From an uncultured Elusimicrobia bacterium (GTDB lineage: Bacteria; Elusimicrobiota; Endomicrobiia; DTEH01): a stretch of 64,000 nt of DNA. Positions 19,330-29,558 of this stretch are shown here, piece by piece; positions within the stretch are counted from its first letter, which is position 1; every line of letters begins with the position of its first letter. A program made the translations under genes and the position numbers. The notes below the pieces were generated by a model. The model searched no databases. It was not told the origin of the DNA and saw only the letters and a program-made list of their open reading frames with translations. The DNA lies in NCBI GenBank assembly GCA_964508565.1, contig CAZDUB010000006.1, positions 10,647 to 74,646 of the forward strand, given 5' to 3'.

Positions 19330-20700
19330 TTATGTTTCAACACAGAGTTTATTTAAATTTTTAGAATTTATTTCTTTTACATAATTTTTTAGTCTTAAAA
19401 AATCTTCATAAGAACACCAAGCAGGAACCTTATTTTTTATCCCGTTAAATAGAAAGATGGAGTTGTTGTGTAGTAATGGATCAACATCTTCATCGAGACC
19501 TAATTGATAAAAAAGTTTGCTTTTCGGTACAGGAGACATCTCACACAATCTTACTCTCATACCGTATTTTGCTACATAGTTTATAGAGTTGTATACATCT
19601 TCTAAAGTTTCATTTGGAAGCCCTGCTAATATGTATACAGAGATTTCTTGTGGTTTGTATCCAGCATCTATCAAATTGTTTAGTCCGTATTCAAATTCTT
19701 TTGTATTTATTTTTCTGTCTACAATGTTGTGTGTTTTGTTGTTACTTGTTTCTAAGCTTAATCTTGGGTCTGTAAAGTTTAATTCTTTCATTAGTAAAGC
19801 TAGTTCTTTATCTATAAATTTTGGATTTATTCCATTAGGAGTATAAAATTTTATTGGTACTCTTAGTTCTAAAAGTTTTCTAAATAGTTGTTTTACTTCA
19901 TCTATATTTTTGGCATTGAATAAAGCGTCATCATAAAAAACAAAGTTTTTTGCTCCTGTTAGGTAAAATAAGTTTTTTATTTCTTCTGTAAAAGTTTCTA
20001 TTGATTTTTGTTGATACTGTGTTGATATAGAACGAGCTGCGCAATAGTCACAATTGTTTAGACATCCATAAGAGAATCTTGTTACTACATACCAAATCTT
20101 TTTGTAGCTTGAGTAGTCAGGTAATGGATAATTTCTAAAATTTAAGTAATTCTCAATAGAAGAAAGATTAAGAAATTTTAACAACTCATAAACACTATTT
20201 GTAGTAAATAAGCAGTCTACTAAATTGCCAAATTTTAAGTAAGAATGTTTGAGCATAAGTTTTGGATAAATACCCCCAAGTAAAATTTTTGTATTTGCTA
20301 AATAAGTTCTTAAAAGCTCAACAATTTCTTTTACGCCTAAATACCAGTAAGTCATTGTAGAGGTGACTATTGCATAGTCAGCATCTTTATTTGATTTTAG
20401 AAAATCTATGATTTTTTGTTGGTCTATACCATAGCGTTTATATTTTAGTGGGATATTTGAAAGTATTTCTGGTTTTTCTACTACTGAGTAAGAAAATTTT
20501 CCTGTGCCATCCGGCTTAACTTTTATTTCTTCAAAGTAATTTCTATCCAAACAGTCTAATAGAACAACTTCTATGTTATAAGACTTTAGTATATTTGATA
20601 TGTATAAAAGTCCAAGGGGTTTTATCCATACATCGTAAGCGTTGAAATCGTAAATAGGTGGGTTTATTAAAAGTACTTTCATAAGAGGATAATCTATCAA
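19330..20700 (-). CDS. B12-binding-type radical SAM protein
   Basis: LLINPPIYDF...KPLGLLY, ILLGGIY, YGCLNNCDYCA (CxxxCxxC), FYDDAL, YILAGLP. Confidence 0.85.
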   Translation of the reverse strand: MIDYPLMKVLLINPPIYDFNAYDVWIKPLGLLYISNILKSYNIEVVLLDCLDRNYFEEIKVKPDGTGKFSYSVVEKPEILSNIPLKYKRYGIDQQKIIDFLKSNKDADYAIVTSTMTYWYLGVKEIVELLRTYLANTKILLGGIYPKLMLKHSYLKFGNLVDCLFTTNSVYELLKFLNLSSIENYLNFRNYPLPDYSSYKKIWYVVTRFSYGCLNNCDYCAARSISTQYQQKSIETFTEEIKNLFYLTGAKNFVFYDDALFNAKNIDEVKQLFRKLLELRVPIKFYTPNGINPKFIDKELALLMKELNFTDPRLSLETSNNKTHNIVDRKINTKEFEYGLNNLIDAGYKPQEISVYILAGLPNETLEDVYNSINYVAKYGMRVRLCEMSPVPKSKLFYQLGLDEDVDPLLHNNSIFLFNGIKNKVPAWCSYEDFLRLKNYVKEINSKNLNKLCVET

Positions 20701-20793
20701 AATTACTCTTTTTTTTCAACACTTTAATCTTCTATATAAATTTTATAAAATAAAAAATTAAATTTTACATATTGGAGGTAATTTTGTTTACTT

Positions 20794-21942
20794 ATGAAAA
20801 ATGTAATTTTAATGGGATTGACGAGTTTGTTTACAGATATATCTTCTGAGATGATTTATCCACTTTTAGGTTTGTACTTGGTTTCTTTAAATACCCCGTT
20901 TACTATAATTGGAATAATAGAGGGAATAGCAGAAAGTGTAGCCAACTTACTTAAAGTTTTTTCAGGTAACATTTCTGATAAGTTAAACAAAAGAAAACCT
21001 TTTGTGATTTTTGGATACAGCTGTTCTACATTTGGTAAGATATTTTTGTATTTAAGCAAGTCATGGCCGTTAGTTCTTTTTGCAAGAATAGTAGATAGAT
21101 TTGGTAAAGGAATAAGGAACGCTCCCAGAGATGCTCTCATTGCAGAATCTACGGATGATACAAAAAAAGGAAAAATTTTTGGATTACATCGTGCTATGGA
21201 TACATTCGGTGCTATGTTAGGTGTAGTTATTGTGTATTTGATATTTTTTTATTCTAAAGATAATATTCCTTTTAAAAAAGTTTTTCTATACTCAATCATA
21301 CCTGCTGTTGTTGCTTTGATATTTTTGCTTTTTGTAAAAGAAAAAAAGTCACAAATGATTTCTACTAAAAAATTTGAGTTTAAACTATACCAGTTTAGAT
21401 ATATACCCCAAAAAGCAAAAACCTATATTCTAATTTCGGTTTTGTTTGCTTTGGGAAATTCGTCAAATCAATTTTTAGTTTTAAGAGCAAAAAATTTAGG
21501 TATGGAATATATAGATGTTATACTTCTTTATCTTTTGTATAACCTTTCTTATACTGTTTTTTCTTATCCTGCAGGTATAATAAGTGATAAGGTTGGTAAA
21601 AAAACAATTATTACTGCAGGATACTTTATATATATGTTAGTATACTTGTGTTTTGCATTGATTAATGAAAATACGAAAAATTTGATATGGATTCTGTTTA
21701 TAGTATATGGTATATACATAGGATTAGTAGAAGGACAAGAAAAAGCATTTCTTTCTGAAGTTGCACCTCAAGAGTACAAAGCAACGATTATAGGTTTACA
21801 CTATACACTAACAGGTTTTATGTTGTTTCCTGCAAGCTTTATTGCAGGAGTTTTGTGGGACAAAATAGGGGCATTTGCTACTTTTATTTTTGGTAGCATA
21901 ACAAGTTTTATAGCTATGTTGTCTATGATTTTATTTTTGTAA
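20794..21942 (+). CDS. MFS transporter
   Basis: DISSEMIYP, GNISDKLNKRK, DRFGKGIRNAPRDALIA, about 12 TM segments. Confidence 0.92.
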   Translation: MKNVILMGLTSLFTDISSEMIYPLLGLYLVSLNTPFTIIGIIEGIAESVANLLKVFSGNISDKLNKRKPFVIFGYSCSTFGKIFLYLSKSWPLVLFARIVDRFGKGIRNAPRDALIAESTDDTKKGKIFGLHRAMDTFGAMLGVVIVYLIFFYSKDNIPFKKVFLYSIIPAVVALIFLLFVKEKKSQMISTKKFEFKLYQFRYIPQKAKTYILISVLFALGNSSNQFLVLRAKNLGMEYIDVILLYLLYNLSYTVFSYPAGIISDKVGKKTIITAGYFIYMLVYLCFALINENTKNLIWILFIVYGIYIGLVEGQEKAFLSEVAPQEYKATIIGLHYTLTGFMLFPASFIAGVLWDKIGAFATFIFGSITSFIAMLSMILFL

Positions 21943-21956
21943 TAAAGGAGTTTTTT

Positions 21957-22457
21957 ATGGATGGATTGGAGATGTTAAAAACAAGAAGAAGTATTAGAAG
22001 ATATATAAAAAAAGAAATACCTAAACAGATAATAGAAGAAATAATTAATTGTGCCAGATTAGCACCAACAGCTAACAATAAACAACCCTGGCTTTTTGTA
22101 GTAATAAAAGATTCAATTCTAAAAGATAAAATAGCAGAGCTAACCGATTATGGTAAATTTATAAAAGAAGCAGATTGTGTTGTATCTGTTTTTTGTGAAA
22201 ACACAAAATATTATTTAGAAGACGGTTCCGCAGCTACTCAGAATATCTTACTTGCTGCGTGGTATTTTGGAATTGGTAGTTGTTGGATAGCAGGTGATAA
22301 AAAACCATATGCAGAAAAAATAAGAGAATTACTTAATATTCCTGAAAAATATAAATTAGTTAGTTTAGTATCATTAGGATATCCTACTAAAGAAGAATTA
22401 GTTAATACAAAAAAGATATTCAAAAAAGATTTAAAAGATGTTATGATTATAAAATGA
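21957..22457 (+). CDS. Nitroreductase-family protein
   Basis: RRSIRRY, APTANNKQPW, QNILLAA, GSCWI, LGYP. Confidence 0.92.
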   Translation: MDGLEMLKTRRSIRRYIKKEIPKQIIEEIINCARLAPTANNKQPWLFVVIKDSILKDKIAELTDYGKFIKEADCVVSVFCENTKYYLEDGSAATQNILLAAWYFGIGSCWIAGDKKPYAEKIRELLNIPEKYKLVSLVSLGYPTKEELVNTKKIFKKDLKDVMIIK

Positions 22458-22888
22458 AAAAAGATAATGTAAGATTTGAATACTCTGCAGGCGGGGTAGT
22501 TGTGGATAAAGATAAAGTATTGGTAATAAAAACAAAAAATCTTAAAAATGAAGTAATTTATACTTTTCCAAAAGGCCATATTGAAGAAGGAGAAACTCCA
22601 CAACAGGCAGCCATTAGAGAAGTGGAAGAGGAAACAGGTGTAAAAGCTGATATAAAAGAAAAAATAAAAGATGTAGAATATTGGTTTATACATAATGGTA
22701 AGAAAATTCATAAAACAGTTAACTGGTTTTTAATGACTCCCATAGAAGTAAAACCTACTAAAAATATTGAAGTAGATGAAGTTTTTTGGTATGATATAAA
22801 TAAAGTAAAGGATATCTTATCATATAACTCAGATAAAGAATTAATATCCAAAGTTTTAGATATTTTAAGCAAGAACAAGAAAACATAA
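22454..22888 (+). CDS. NUDIX hydrolase (Ap4A hydrolase-like)
   Basis: SAGGVV and Nudix box GHIEEGETPQQAAIREVEEETGV. Confidence 0.92.
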   Translation: MKKDNVRFEYSAGGVVVDKDKVLVIKTKNLKNEVIYTFPKGHIEEGETPQQAAIREVEEETGVKADIKEKIKDVEYWFIHNGKKIHKTVNWFLMTPIEVKPTKNIEVDEVFWYDINKVKDILSYNSDKELISKVLDILSKNKKT

Positions 22889-22909
22889 ATTTTAAATATT
22901 AACTAAAAG

Positions 22910-23242
22910 GTGACTAAAATGCAAAAAAAAGAGAAATATACATTTGAAGAGGCTCTTCATAGGTTAGAAGAGATAGTATCTAAACTTGAGATGGGAGATG
23001 TCCCTTTAGAAGATACTATTAAACTTTTCCAAGAAGGAATGGAACTTATAAATTTTTGTAATCACAAGTTGGAAGAAGTAAAATTTAAAGTTGAAATGGT
23101 GGTAAGAAATAAAGATGGATTTAGTTTGGTAGATTTTAATAAAATATCTAATAAAAATGTTGAGATAAAAAATAATGAATTAGATGAAATTGAAGAAGAG
23201 GAAGATAACAAGGATGATGAAAACGGTGAACTCCCATTTTGA
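22910..23242 (+). CDS. xseB: Exodeoxyribonuclease VII small subunit with acidic C-terminal extension
   Basis: [36 protein letters not shown]; xseB-ispA-dxs synteny. Confidence 0.92.
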   Translation: MTKMQKKEKYTFEEALHRLEEIVSKLEMGDVPLEDTIKLFQEGMELINFCNHKLEEVKFKVEMVVRNKDGFSLVDFNKISNKNVEIKNNELDEIEEEEDNKDDENGELPF

Positions 23243-24098
23243 TATTGAGAAAAAATTAAAAAAAGACATTGAATGGTTTTCTAAAAAATTAAATGTTACA
23301 TTATTGAGATATTTAAAACCTCTGTCAAACAAATTTAGAAAGATGGTTATGTATTCTTTATTTCCTGGTGGCAAAAGAATTAGACCAATACTTATGTTTG
23401 CTACAGGTGAGATGTTAGGCATCAGAAAAGATAAACTCTTTATTCCTGCTTGCAGTATTGAATTGATTCATAATTACTCTTTAATTCATGACGACTTACC
23501 TTCAATGGACAATGATGACTATCGGAGAGGAAAGTTGACAGTTCATAAAAAGTTTGGAGAGGCGAACGCTATTCTTGTTGGAGATGGTTTGTTAACTTTA
23601 AGTTTTGAAATATTGTCTAATTGGAAAATTAACCATGAAATATTTAAAAAAGTTTTAAAATTAGTTTCAAATGTAGCTGGTTTTAGTGGACTTATAAAAG
23701 GTCAATTTTTAGATTTGTCTGCCACTACTATAGAAAACAAAAAATTAAAAAAACTTTTAGTTGATATATGTGCAAACAAAACTGCAAAACTGATCCAAGC
23801 CTCTATACTTATTCCTGGATTGGTTAAGAAATTAAACAAGAAAAGATTAAGTATTTTGTCTGAAATAGGTTATAAGATAGGTATGTTATTTCAGATAACA
23901 GATGATTTAATAGATTATATATCAGGCCAAGACAAAAACAAGTTGTGCTATCCTAAAGTTTACTCAATAGATGGGACAAAGAAAATAATAAAGCTTTTAT
24001 ATGAAGAAATAGTTAATAAAATAAGAACAAATTTTAACAATCCTACTCAACATTATTTTATATATTTAGTAGACAAGATTGCCAATAGAACAGTGTAG
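23184..24098 (+). CDS. ispA: Polyprenyl (farnesyl) diphosphate synthase; real start probably 23214 or 23217
   Basis: [39 protein letters not shown]. Confidence 0.92.
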   Translation: MKLKKRKITRMMKTVNSHFDIEKKLKKDIEWFSKKLNVTLLRYLKPLSNKFRKMVMYSLFPGGKRIRPILMFATGEMLGIRKDKLFIPACSIELIHNYSLIHDDLPSMDNDDYRRGKLTVHKKFGEANAILVGDGLLTLSFEILSNWKINHEIFKKVLKLVSNVAGFSGLIKGQFLDLSATTIENKKLKKLLVDICANKTAKLIQASILIPGLVKKLNKKRLSILSEIGYKIGMLFQITDDLIDYISGQDKNKLCYPKVYSIDGTKKIIKLLYEEIVNKIRTNFNNPTQHYFIYLVDKIANRTV

Positions 24099-24104
24099 AG
24101 TTTT

Positions 24105-25964
24105 ATGAGACTTTTAGATTTAGTAAATTCGCCTAAAGATATTAAAAAATTTAATTACGCTCAACTAAAACAGTTAAGTGAAGAAATAAGAGAATTTATT
24201 TTAAACACTGTCTCTCAAACTGGTGGACACTTAGCTTCAAGTCTAGGATCTGTAGAACTTACTGTTGCACTTCACTATGTTTTCAATACTCCTGAAGATA
24301 AAATTGTGTGGGATGTAGGCCATCAAGCTTATGCTCACAAGATTTTAACAGGTAGAAAAGATCAGTTTCATAAGTTAAGACAGTTTAACGGGATAAGTGG
24401 CTTTCCAAGAAGAGAAGAATCTGAATATGATACATTTGGTGTAGGGCATGCATCAACTGCTATTTCTGCTGCCTTAGGAATGGCTGTAGCCAGAGACCTA
24501 CAAGGTAAAAAACACAAAGTTATAGCAGTTGTTGGAGATGGTTCTTTAAGTGGAGGACTTTGTTATGAAGGATTAAACCATGCTGGGCACTTAGGAAAAG
24601 ATTTTATTGTTGTTTTAAATGACAATGCTATGTTTATTTCTAAAAGTGTCGGTGCGATAGCAAAGATGCTTGTAAAGATTTTGACTTTAGGTTTAATCAA
24701 AAAAATAGAAGCAAAAGTTGATAAATTTTTAAGAAGGTTAAAGTATATAGGAAGTGTGATGTTAAGAGTGGCAAAAAGGTTTAAATTACTGTTGTTCCCA
24801 GGAATGTTGTTTGAAGAGATGGGATTTGCCTATATAGGACCAGTTGATGGACACGATATAAAAGAATTGTGTGAAGTATTTAAAAGTGTTGACATGTTTA
24901 AAGGGCCGGTAGTTGTGCATGTTGTTACAAAAAAAGGAAAGGGCTTTAAACCTGCAGAAGCAAAACCAGAAAAATATCACGGAGTAAGCTGTTTTGATTT
25001 AGTTACAGGAGATGTTGTAAAATTTAATAATAAAATGACTTTTACAGAAGTTTTTAGTGAAAGTATAGTTTCTTTAGCAGAAAAAGATGAAAGAATAATT
25101 GGTATTACTGCTGCTATGACAGAAGGCTGTGGATTAGAGAAATTTTCCTTACTTTATCCCGAAAGATTCTTTGATGTTGGAATTGCAGAAGAACATGCAG
25201 TGACTTTTGCTGCTGGTTTGGCTGTTGAGGGATATGTCCCTATTTGTGCTATCTATTCTACTTTTCTTCAAAGAGCGTTTGACCAAATCATACACGATGT
25301 TGCTTTACAAAACCTACATGTAATTTTTATGATTGATCGCGCCGGTATTGTAGGAGAAGATGGTCCTACTCATCACGGAGTGTTTGATCTTTCATATCTT
25401 AGGTTAATACCAAATATGACTATTATGGTGCCAAAAAATGGAGAAGAACTTAAAAATATGTTATATACTGCAATATATCACATATCAGGGCCTGTGGCTA
25501 TTAGGTATCCTAGAGACTATATTCCGGATGAAAATATTAACTTTAATGATTTTACAAAAATAAATTTTCCAAAAGCAGAGATTTTAAGAAAAACAGAAAC
25601 TTCAAAAGTTAAATTTTTAGTATGTGGTCCTAAAATTTATTTTTTAGAAGAATTACTAAAAAATAAGTATAAAGATTTGGATTACACATTAATAAATATG
25701 CGATTTATAAAACCGATAGATGAAGAATTGTTAAAAGAAATATGTAATAACTTCTCTGCAGTAGTAACTGTAGAAGAAAATACTATAGTAGGGGGATTAT
25801 TTTCTTGTATTAGTGAATTTGTAGTAAGAAATAATAAAAAAACAAAAGTAGTGCCAGTTGCTATACCAGATAAATTTATAACTTTTGGTAAGAAAAGTTT
25901 GCTTGAAGAATATGTAGGTTTTTCAGAAGAAAATTTTGTCAATATTATAAACAGTCTGATATGA
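24105..25964 (+). CDS. dxs: 1-deoxy-D-xylulose-5-phosphate synthase
   Basis: GGHLASSLG, WDVGHQAY, GDGSLSGG, DVGIAEEH, IYSTFLQRAFDQ, DGPTHHG. Confidence 0.97.
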   Translation: MRLLDLVNSPKDIKKFNYAQLKQLSEEIREFILNTVSQTGGHLASSLGSVELTVALHYVFNTPEDKIVWDVGHQAYAHKILTGRKDQFHKLRQFNGISGFPRREESEYDTFGVGHASTAISAALGMAVARDLQGKKHKVIAVVGDGSLSGGLCYEGLNHAGHLGKDFIVVLNDNAMFISKSVGAIAKMLVKILTLGLIKKIEAKVDKFLRRLKYIGSVMLRVAKRFKLLLFPGMLFEEMGFAYIGPVDGHDIKELCEVFKSVDMFKGPVVVHVVTKKGKGFKPAEAKPEKYHGVSCFDLVTGDVVKFNNKMTFTEVFSESIVSLAEKDERIIGITAAMTEGCGLEKFSLLYPERFFDVGIAEEHAVTFAAGLAVEGYVPICAIYSTFLQRAFDQIIHDVALQNLHVIFMIDRAGIVGEDGPTHHGVFDLSYLRLIPNMTIMVPKNGEELKNMLYTAIYHISGPVAIRYPRDYIPDENINFNDFTKINFPKAEILRKTETSKVKFLVCGPKIYFLEELLKNKYKDLDYTLINMRFIKPIDEELLKEICNNFSAVVTVEENTIVGGLFSCISEFVVRNNKKTKVVPVAIPDKFITFGKKSLLEEYVGFSEENFVNIINSLI

Positions 25965-26407
25965 AGTACATAGTATTAATTAGTCCAAAAATACAAGCAA
26001 ATAATTTGTCTTTGCTTAAATCTATTGAAATGTTAAATTATAAAAACATAAAAGAAATTTCCACAAATAAAATTTATGCCTTTAAAGGAAACATAGGTAA
26101 AAAAGAAATATATAAAATAGCAGATGTTTTACTTGTAGACCCAATTGTAGAAGTATTTAGTATCGTTCAAAAAATTAGAAGTATTAAAGATTCGACAATA
26201 GTTAATATCTGGTATAGACCAGAAGTGTTAGATGTTGAAGCTTTATATATAAGCAAAGCTATAAAGTATATTAACATAAAAGACAATTTAGAAATACATT
26301 CAGGCATATCTTTAAAATTTACCCCTAAGTTAAAAAAAGAAGTAGTAGCAGATATAATAAAGAGTCTATTTATGAATCCTCTGATACAATACTATGAAAT
26401 TATATAA
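25961..26407 (+). CDS. purS: PurS-like FGAM synthase subunit with two tandem PurS repeats
   Basis: Two ~75-aa halves ending LLVDPIVE and LFMNPLIQYY (PurS LLANPVIE motif); directly upstream of purL. Confidence 0.68.
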   Translation: MKYIVLISPKIQANNLSLLKSIEMLNYKNIKEISTNKIYAFKGNIGKKEIYKIADVLLVDPIVEVFSIVQKIRSIKDSTIVNIWYRPEVLDVEALYISKAIKYINIKDNLEIHSGISLKFTPKLKKEVVADIIKSLFMNPLIQYYEII

Positions 26408-28778
26408 CACTATAAAAATTTTAAATGCTTCGGATAAACAACTAATAGAGATAAGCAAAAAAGGTCTGCTTTCTCTTTCACTTGAAGAGATGAAAGCTAT
26501 CCAAAAATATTTTACTGCTAAAGGTAGAAATCCAACAGATTGCGAAATAGAAACTATAGCTCAAACATGGTCAGAACATTGTAAACACAAAACTTTGACA
26601 GCTGCTTTAGAATTAAAAATAAAAAATGGGAAAAAACAACTCATAAAAAAATATAATAATGTGTTAAAAGAAACAATATTTGAGGCCACTAAAAAAATAA
26701 GCCATCCAGATTGTATTTCTGTTTTTGAAGACAATGCTGGTGTAATAAAGTTTGACGAGAAATACGCTTTAGCATTTAAAGTAGAAACTCATAACCATCC
26801 ATCTGCTTTAGAACCATATGGTGGTGCAGCTACAGGTATCGGTGGTGTAATTAGGGATATAATTGGATGTGGTCTTGCCGCAAAACCAATAGCAAACACA
26901 GATGTTTTTTGTTTTGGTGAGCTTAACTATACGGGACAGCTCCCAGAAGGTGTTTTTCATCCTAAAAGAATATTTAGTGGAGTAGTATCTGGAGTTAGGG
27001 ATTATGGTAATAGAATGGGGATTCCAACTGTAAATGGTAGCATAGTGTTTAATAATGGCTATTTATACAATCCTTTAGTATACTGTGGGTGCGTAGGAAT
27101 ACTTCCAATAGACAAGGTCAAAAAAGAAGTATATCCAGGCCAAGTAATAGTTTTAGTTGGAGGAAAAACAGGAAGAGATGGTATTCACGGAGCAACTTTC
27201 TCTTCAGATGCTCTTCATAACAAGCTTCCAACCTCAGTGGTTCAAATAGGAGATCCTATAACAGAAAAAATGTTTTTAGATGTGATACTAAAAGCGCAAA
27301 AGTTAAATTTATTTACAGCTATTACTGACTGTGGAGCAGGAGGGCTGTCTTCTGCATGTGGCGAGCTGACAAAAGAATGTGGATGTAAAATTTACCTTGA
27401 AAAAGTTCCACTAAAGTATAAAGGAATGTTACCATGGGAAATATGGCTATCCGAATCTCAAGAAAGAATGGTGTTAATATGTGATAAAGATAAAGCAGAA
27501 AAACTATTAGACATATGTAAAAAAGAAGATGTTGAAGCTACAATAATAGGAGATGTAACAAATACGAAAAAACTTGAAGTTTACTATAATGACACTCTGA
27601 TATGTGATCTTGATATGGAATTTTTACATAACGGCCTTCCAAAAAGAGAATATAGTTTTACATATACTTCTAAGCTAAAAAAAATTAAATCAACAAAAAT
27701 AAATTCTAAATATTCTATAGAAGAGTTAGTTTATAAAGTTGTTGCTTGTGGTAATGTTGCATCAAAAGAATTTGTTATAAGACAGTACGACCATGAAGTT
27801 CAAGGCAATACTGTGTTAAAACCTCTTGTTGGGGACAGTTCCACCAACATTTTCTCCCCCCAAGATGCTTGTGTGATATATCCATTTAATATAGACAACA
27901 TGCTTGACTCTAAAAAAGCATTTGCAATAGCATGTGGAATAAAACCCACCTTAAGCAAAATTGATATAAAAGTTATGACTCAATATGTGATAGATGAAGC
28001 AATAAGAAATTTAATATGTGTTGGTGTAAACTTTGAAAAAATATTTTTATTAGACAACTTCTGTTGGGGTGAACTTAACAAAAAAAATCTGCTAGATTTG
28101 TTTTTATCTTGTGAAACAGCAGCACAAACTGCTATTTTATTTTCTACACCATTTATATCTGGAAAAGATAGCCTCAACAACTACTACTTAGTTGGTAAAA
28201 AAAGAATATCAATACCTTCTACTTTATTGATATCTTCTATAGGCATAATTGATGACATCAACCACATAAAATCTTCCTATTATAAACAAAGTGGAAATAT
28301 TTTACTTCTGCTTGGGAAAATACAACCCTCATTAGGTGGCTCTGTAGTAGAAAAATTTTTAAATAGTAAAAACTTACCAGTAGGTACTCTAAATGTTATC
28401 GAAGCGAAAAAAATTTACAAATTTCTAAATAAGCATAACAACTTCATCCTTTCTGCCCATGATATTTCAGATGGCGGGTTGATAACAACAATTTTAGAGT
28501 CGTGTTTTGCACAAAATATGGGAGCTACTATAAATCTAAATACAGACAACTTAATAGTTACTTTATTTTCAGAACCGCCATCTTGTATAGTAGTTGAAGT
28601 AGAAAAATCTAAAAGCAATGAGTTTTTAAAATATTTACAAAAAGAAGAGGTTCCTTATTTATATTTAGGAGAAGTTACAGACAACAGAGAAGTTACTATT
28701 GTTAACAAAGGAAAAACTGTATTAAAACTTTCAGTTGAAGAAATATATAAATTATGGTCTGATAGTATAAAATTATAA
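26394..28778 (+). CDS. purL: FGAM synthase subunit PurL
   Basis: QTWSEHCKH, FKVETHNHP, GIHGATFSS, DCGAGGLSS, SESQERM, QYDHEV. Confidence 0.96.
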   Translation: MKLYNTIKILNASDKQLIEISKKGLLSLSLEEMKAIQKYFTAKGRNPTDCEIETIAQTWSEHCKHKTLTAALELKIKNGKKQLIKKYNNVLKETIFEATKKISHPDCISVFEDNAGVIKFDEKYALAFKVETHNHPSALEPYGGAATGIGGVIRDIIGCGLAAKPIANTDVFCFGELNYTGQLPEGVFHPKRIFSGVVSGVRDYGNRMGIPTVNGSIVFNNGYLYNPLVYCGCVGILPIDKVKKEVYPGQVIVLVGGKTGRDGIHGATFSSDALHNKLPTSVVQIGDPITEKMFLDVILKAQKLNLFTAITDCGAGGLSSACGELTKECGCKIYLEKVPLKYKGMLPWEIWLSESQERMVLICDKDKAEKLLDICKKEDVEATIIGDVTNTKKLEVYYNDTLICDLDMEFLHNGLPKREYSFTYTSKLKKIKSTKINSKYSIEELVYKVVACGNVASKEFVIRQYDHEVQGNTVLKPLVGDSSTNIFSPQDACVIYPFNIDNMLDSKKAFAIACGIKPTLSKIDIKVMTQYVIDEAIRNLICVGVNFEKIFLLDNFCWGELNKKNLLDLFLSCETAAQTAILFSTPFISGKDSLNNYYLVGKKRISIPSTLLISSIGIIDDINHIKSSYYKQSGNILLLLGKIQPSLGGSVVEKFLNSKNLPVGTLNVIEAKKIYKFLNKHNNFILSAHDISDGGLITTILESCFAQNMGATINLNTDNLIVTLFSEPPSCIVVEVEKSKSNEFLKYLQKEEVPYLYLGEVTDNREVTIVNKGKTVLKLSVEEIYKLWSDSIKL

Positions 28779-28783
28779 ATCCT

Positions 28784-29557
28784 ATGGAAACAAAAGCTAT
28801 TGTAATAAGAGTAGGTGGTACTAACTGTGATAAAGAAACAGTAAATGCATTAAATCTCGTAGGATTTGATACAAAACTTGTTCACATAAATGAGCTCATA
28901 AGAAAAGAAATAGATATTTTAGATTTTAACTTGTTGGTTATTCCTGGAGGATTTTCTTTTGGTGATTATATTTCTGCAGGGAAAATTTTCGCAGTTGAGT
29001 TGTATTATAAATTAAAAAAAGATTTAGAGAAATTTATATCTAATAGAAAAAATTACATAGTTGGGATATGCAATGGTTTTCAAATTTTAGCAAAATTAGG
29101 ACTTCTACCAAATCCTACATTTAAACAACAGTTTACACTTACCTATAATGATTCTGGAAGATTTGAGTGTAGATGGGTTTATCTAAAAGTCAACAAAAAC
29201 AACCCATCAGTTCTTAAAAATTTACCAGAAATCATAGAATTACCAATAGCACACGCAGAAGGAAAGTTTTTTTGTGAAAATAATATATTAGATTACATTA
29301 TTGAAAATAATTTAAATTTATTTGAGTATTGTGATAAAAATGGAACACCTAAAAATTATCCTATTAATCCAAATGGTTCTATTCATAATATAGCAGGCAT
29401 AACAGATCTAACAGGACATATAATTGGTCTTATGCCACATCCTGAAAGATACATAATTCCTTTACAACATCCTTTATATCACTTAAAACGAAATCTTCTA
29501 CCATATGGAAAGCTGTTTTTTTCTTTAATAAAGGAATCTATTCTACAGAATAACTAA
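28784..29557 (+). CDS. purQ: FGAM synthase glutaminase subunit PurQ
   Basis: GTNCD, PGGFSFGD, GICNGFQIL, IAHAEG, MPHPER. Confidence 0.96.
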   Translation: METKAIVIRVGGTNCDKETVNALNLVGFDTKLVHINELIRKEIDILDFNLLVIPGGFSFGDYISAGKIFAVELYYKLKKDLEKFISNRKNYIVGICNGFQILAKLGLLPNPTFKQQFTLTYNDSGRFECRWVYLKVNKNNPSVLKNLPEIIELPIAHAEGKFFCENNILDYIIENNLNLFEYCDKNGTPKNYPINPNGSIHNIAGITDLTGHIIGLMPHPERYIIPLQHPLYHLKRNLLPYGKLFFSLIKESILQNN

Positions 29558-29558
29558 T

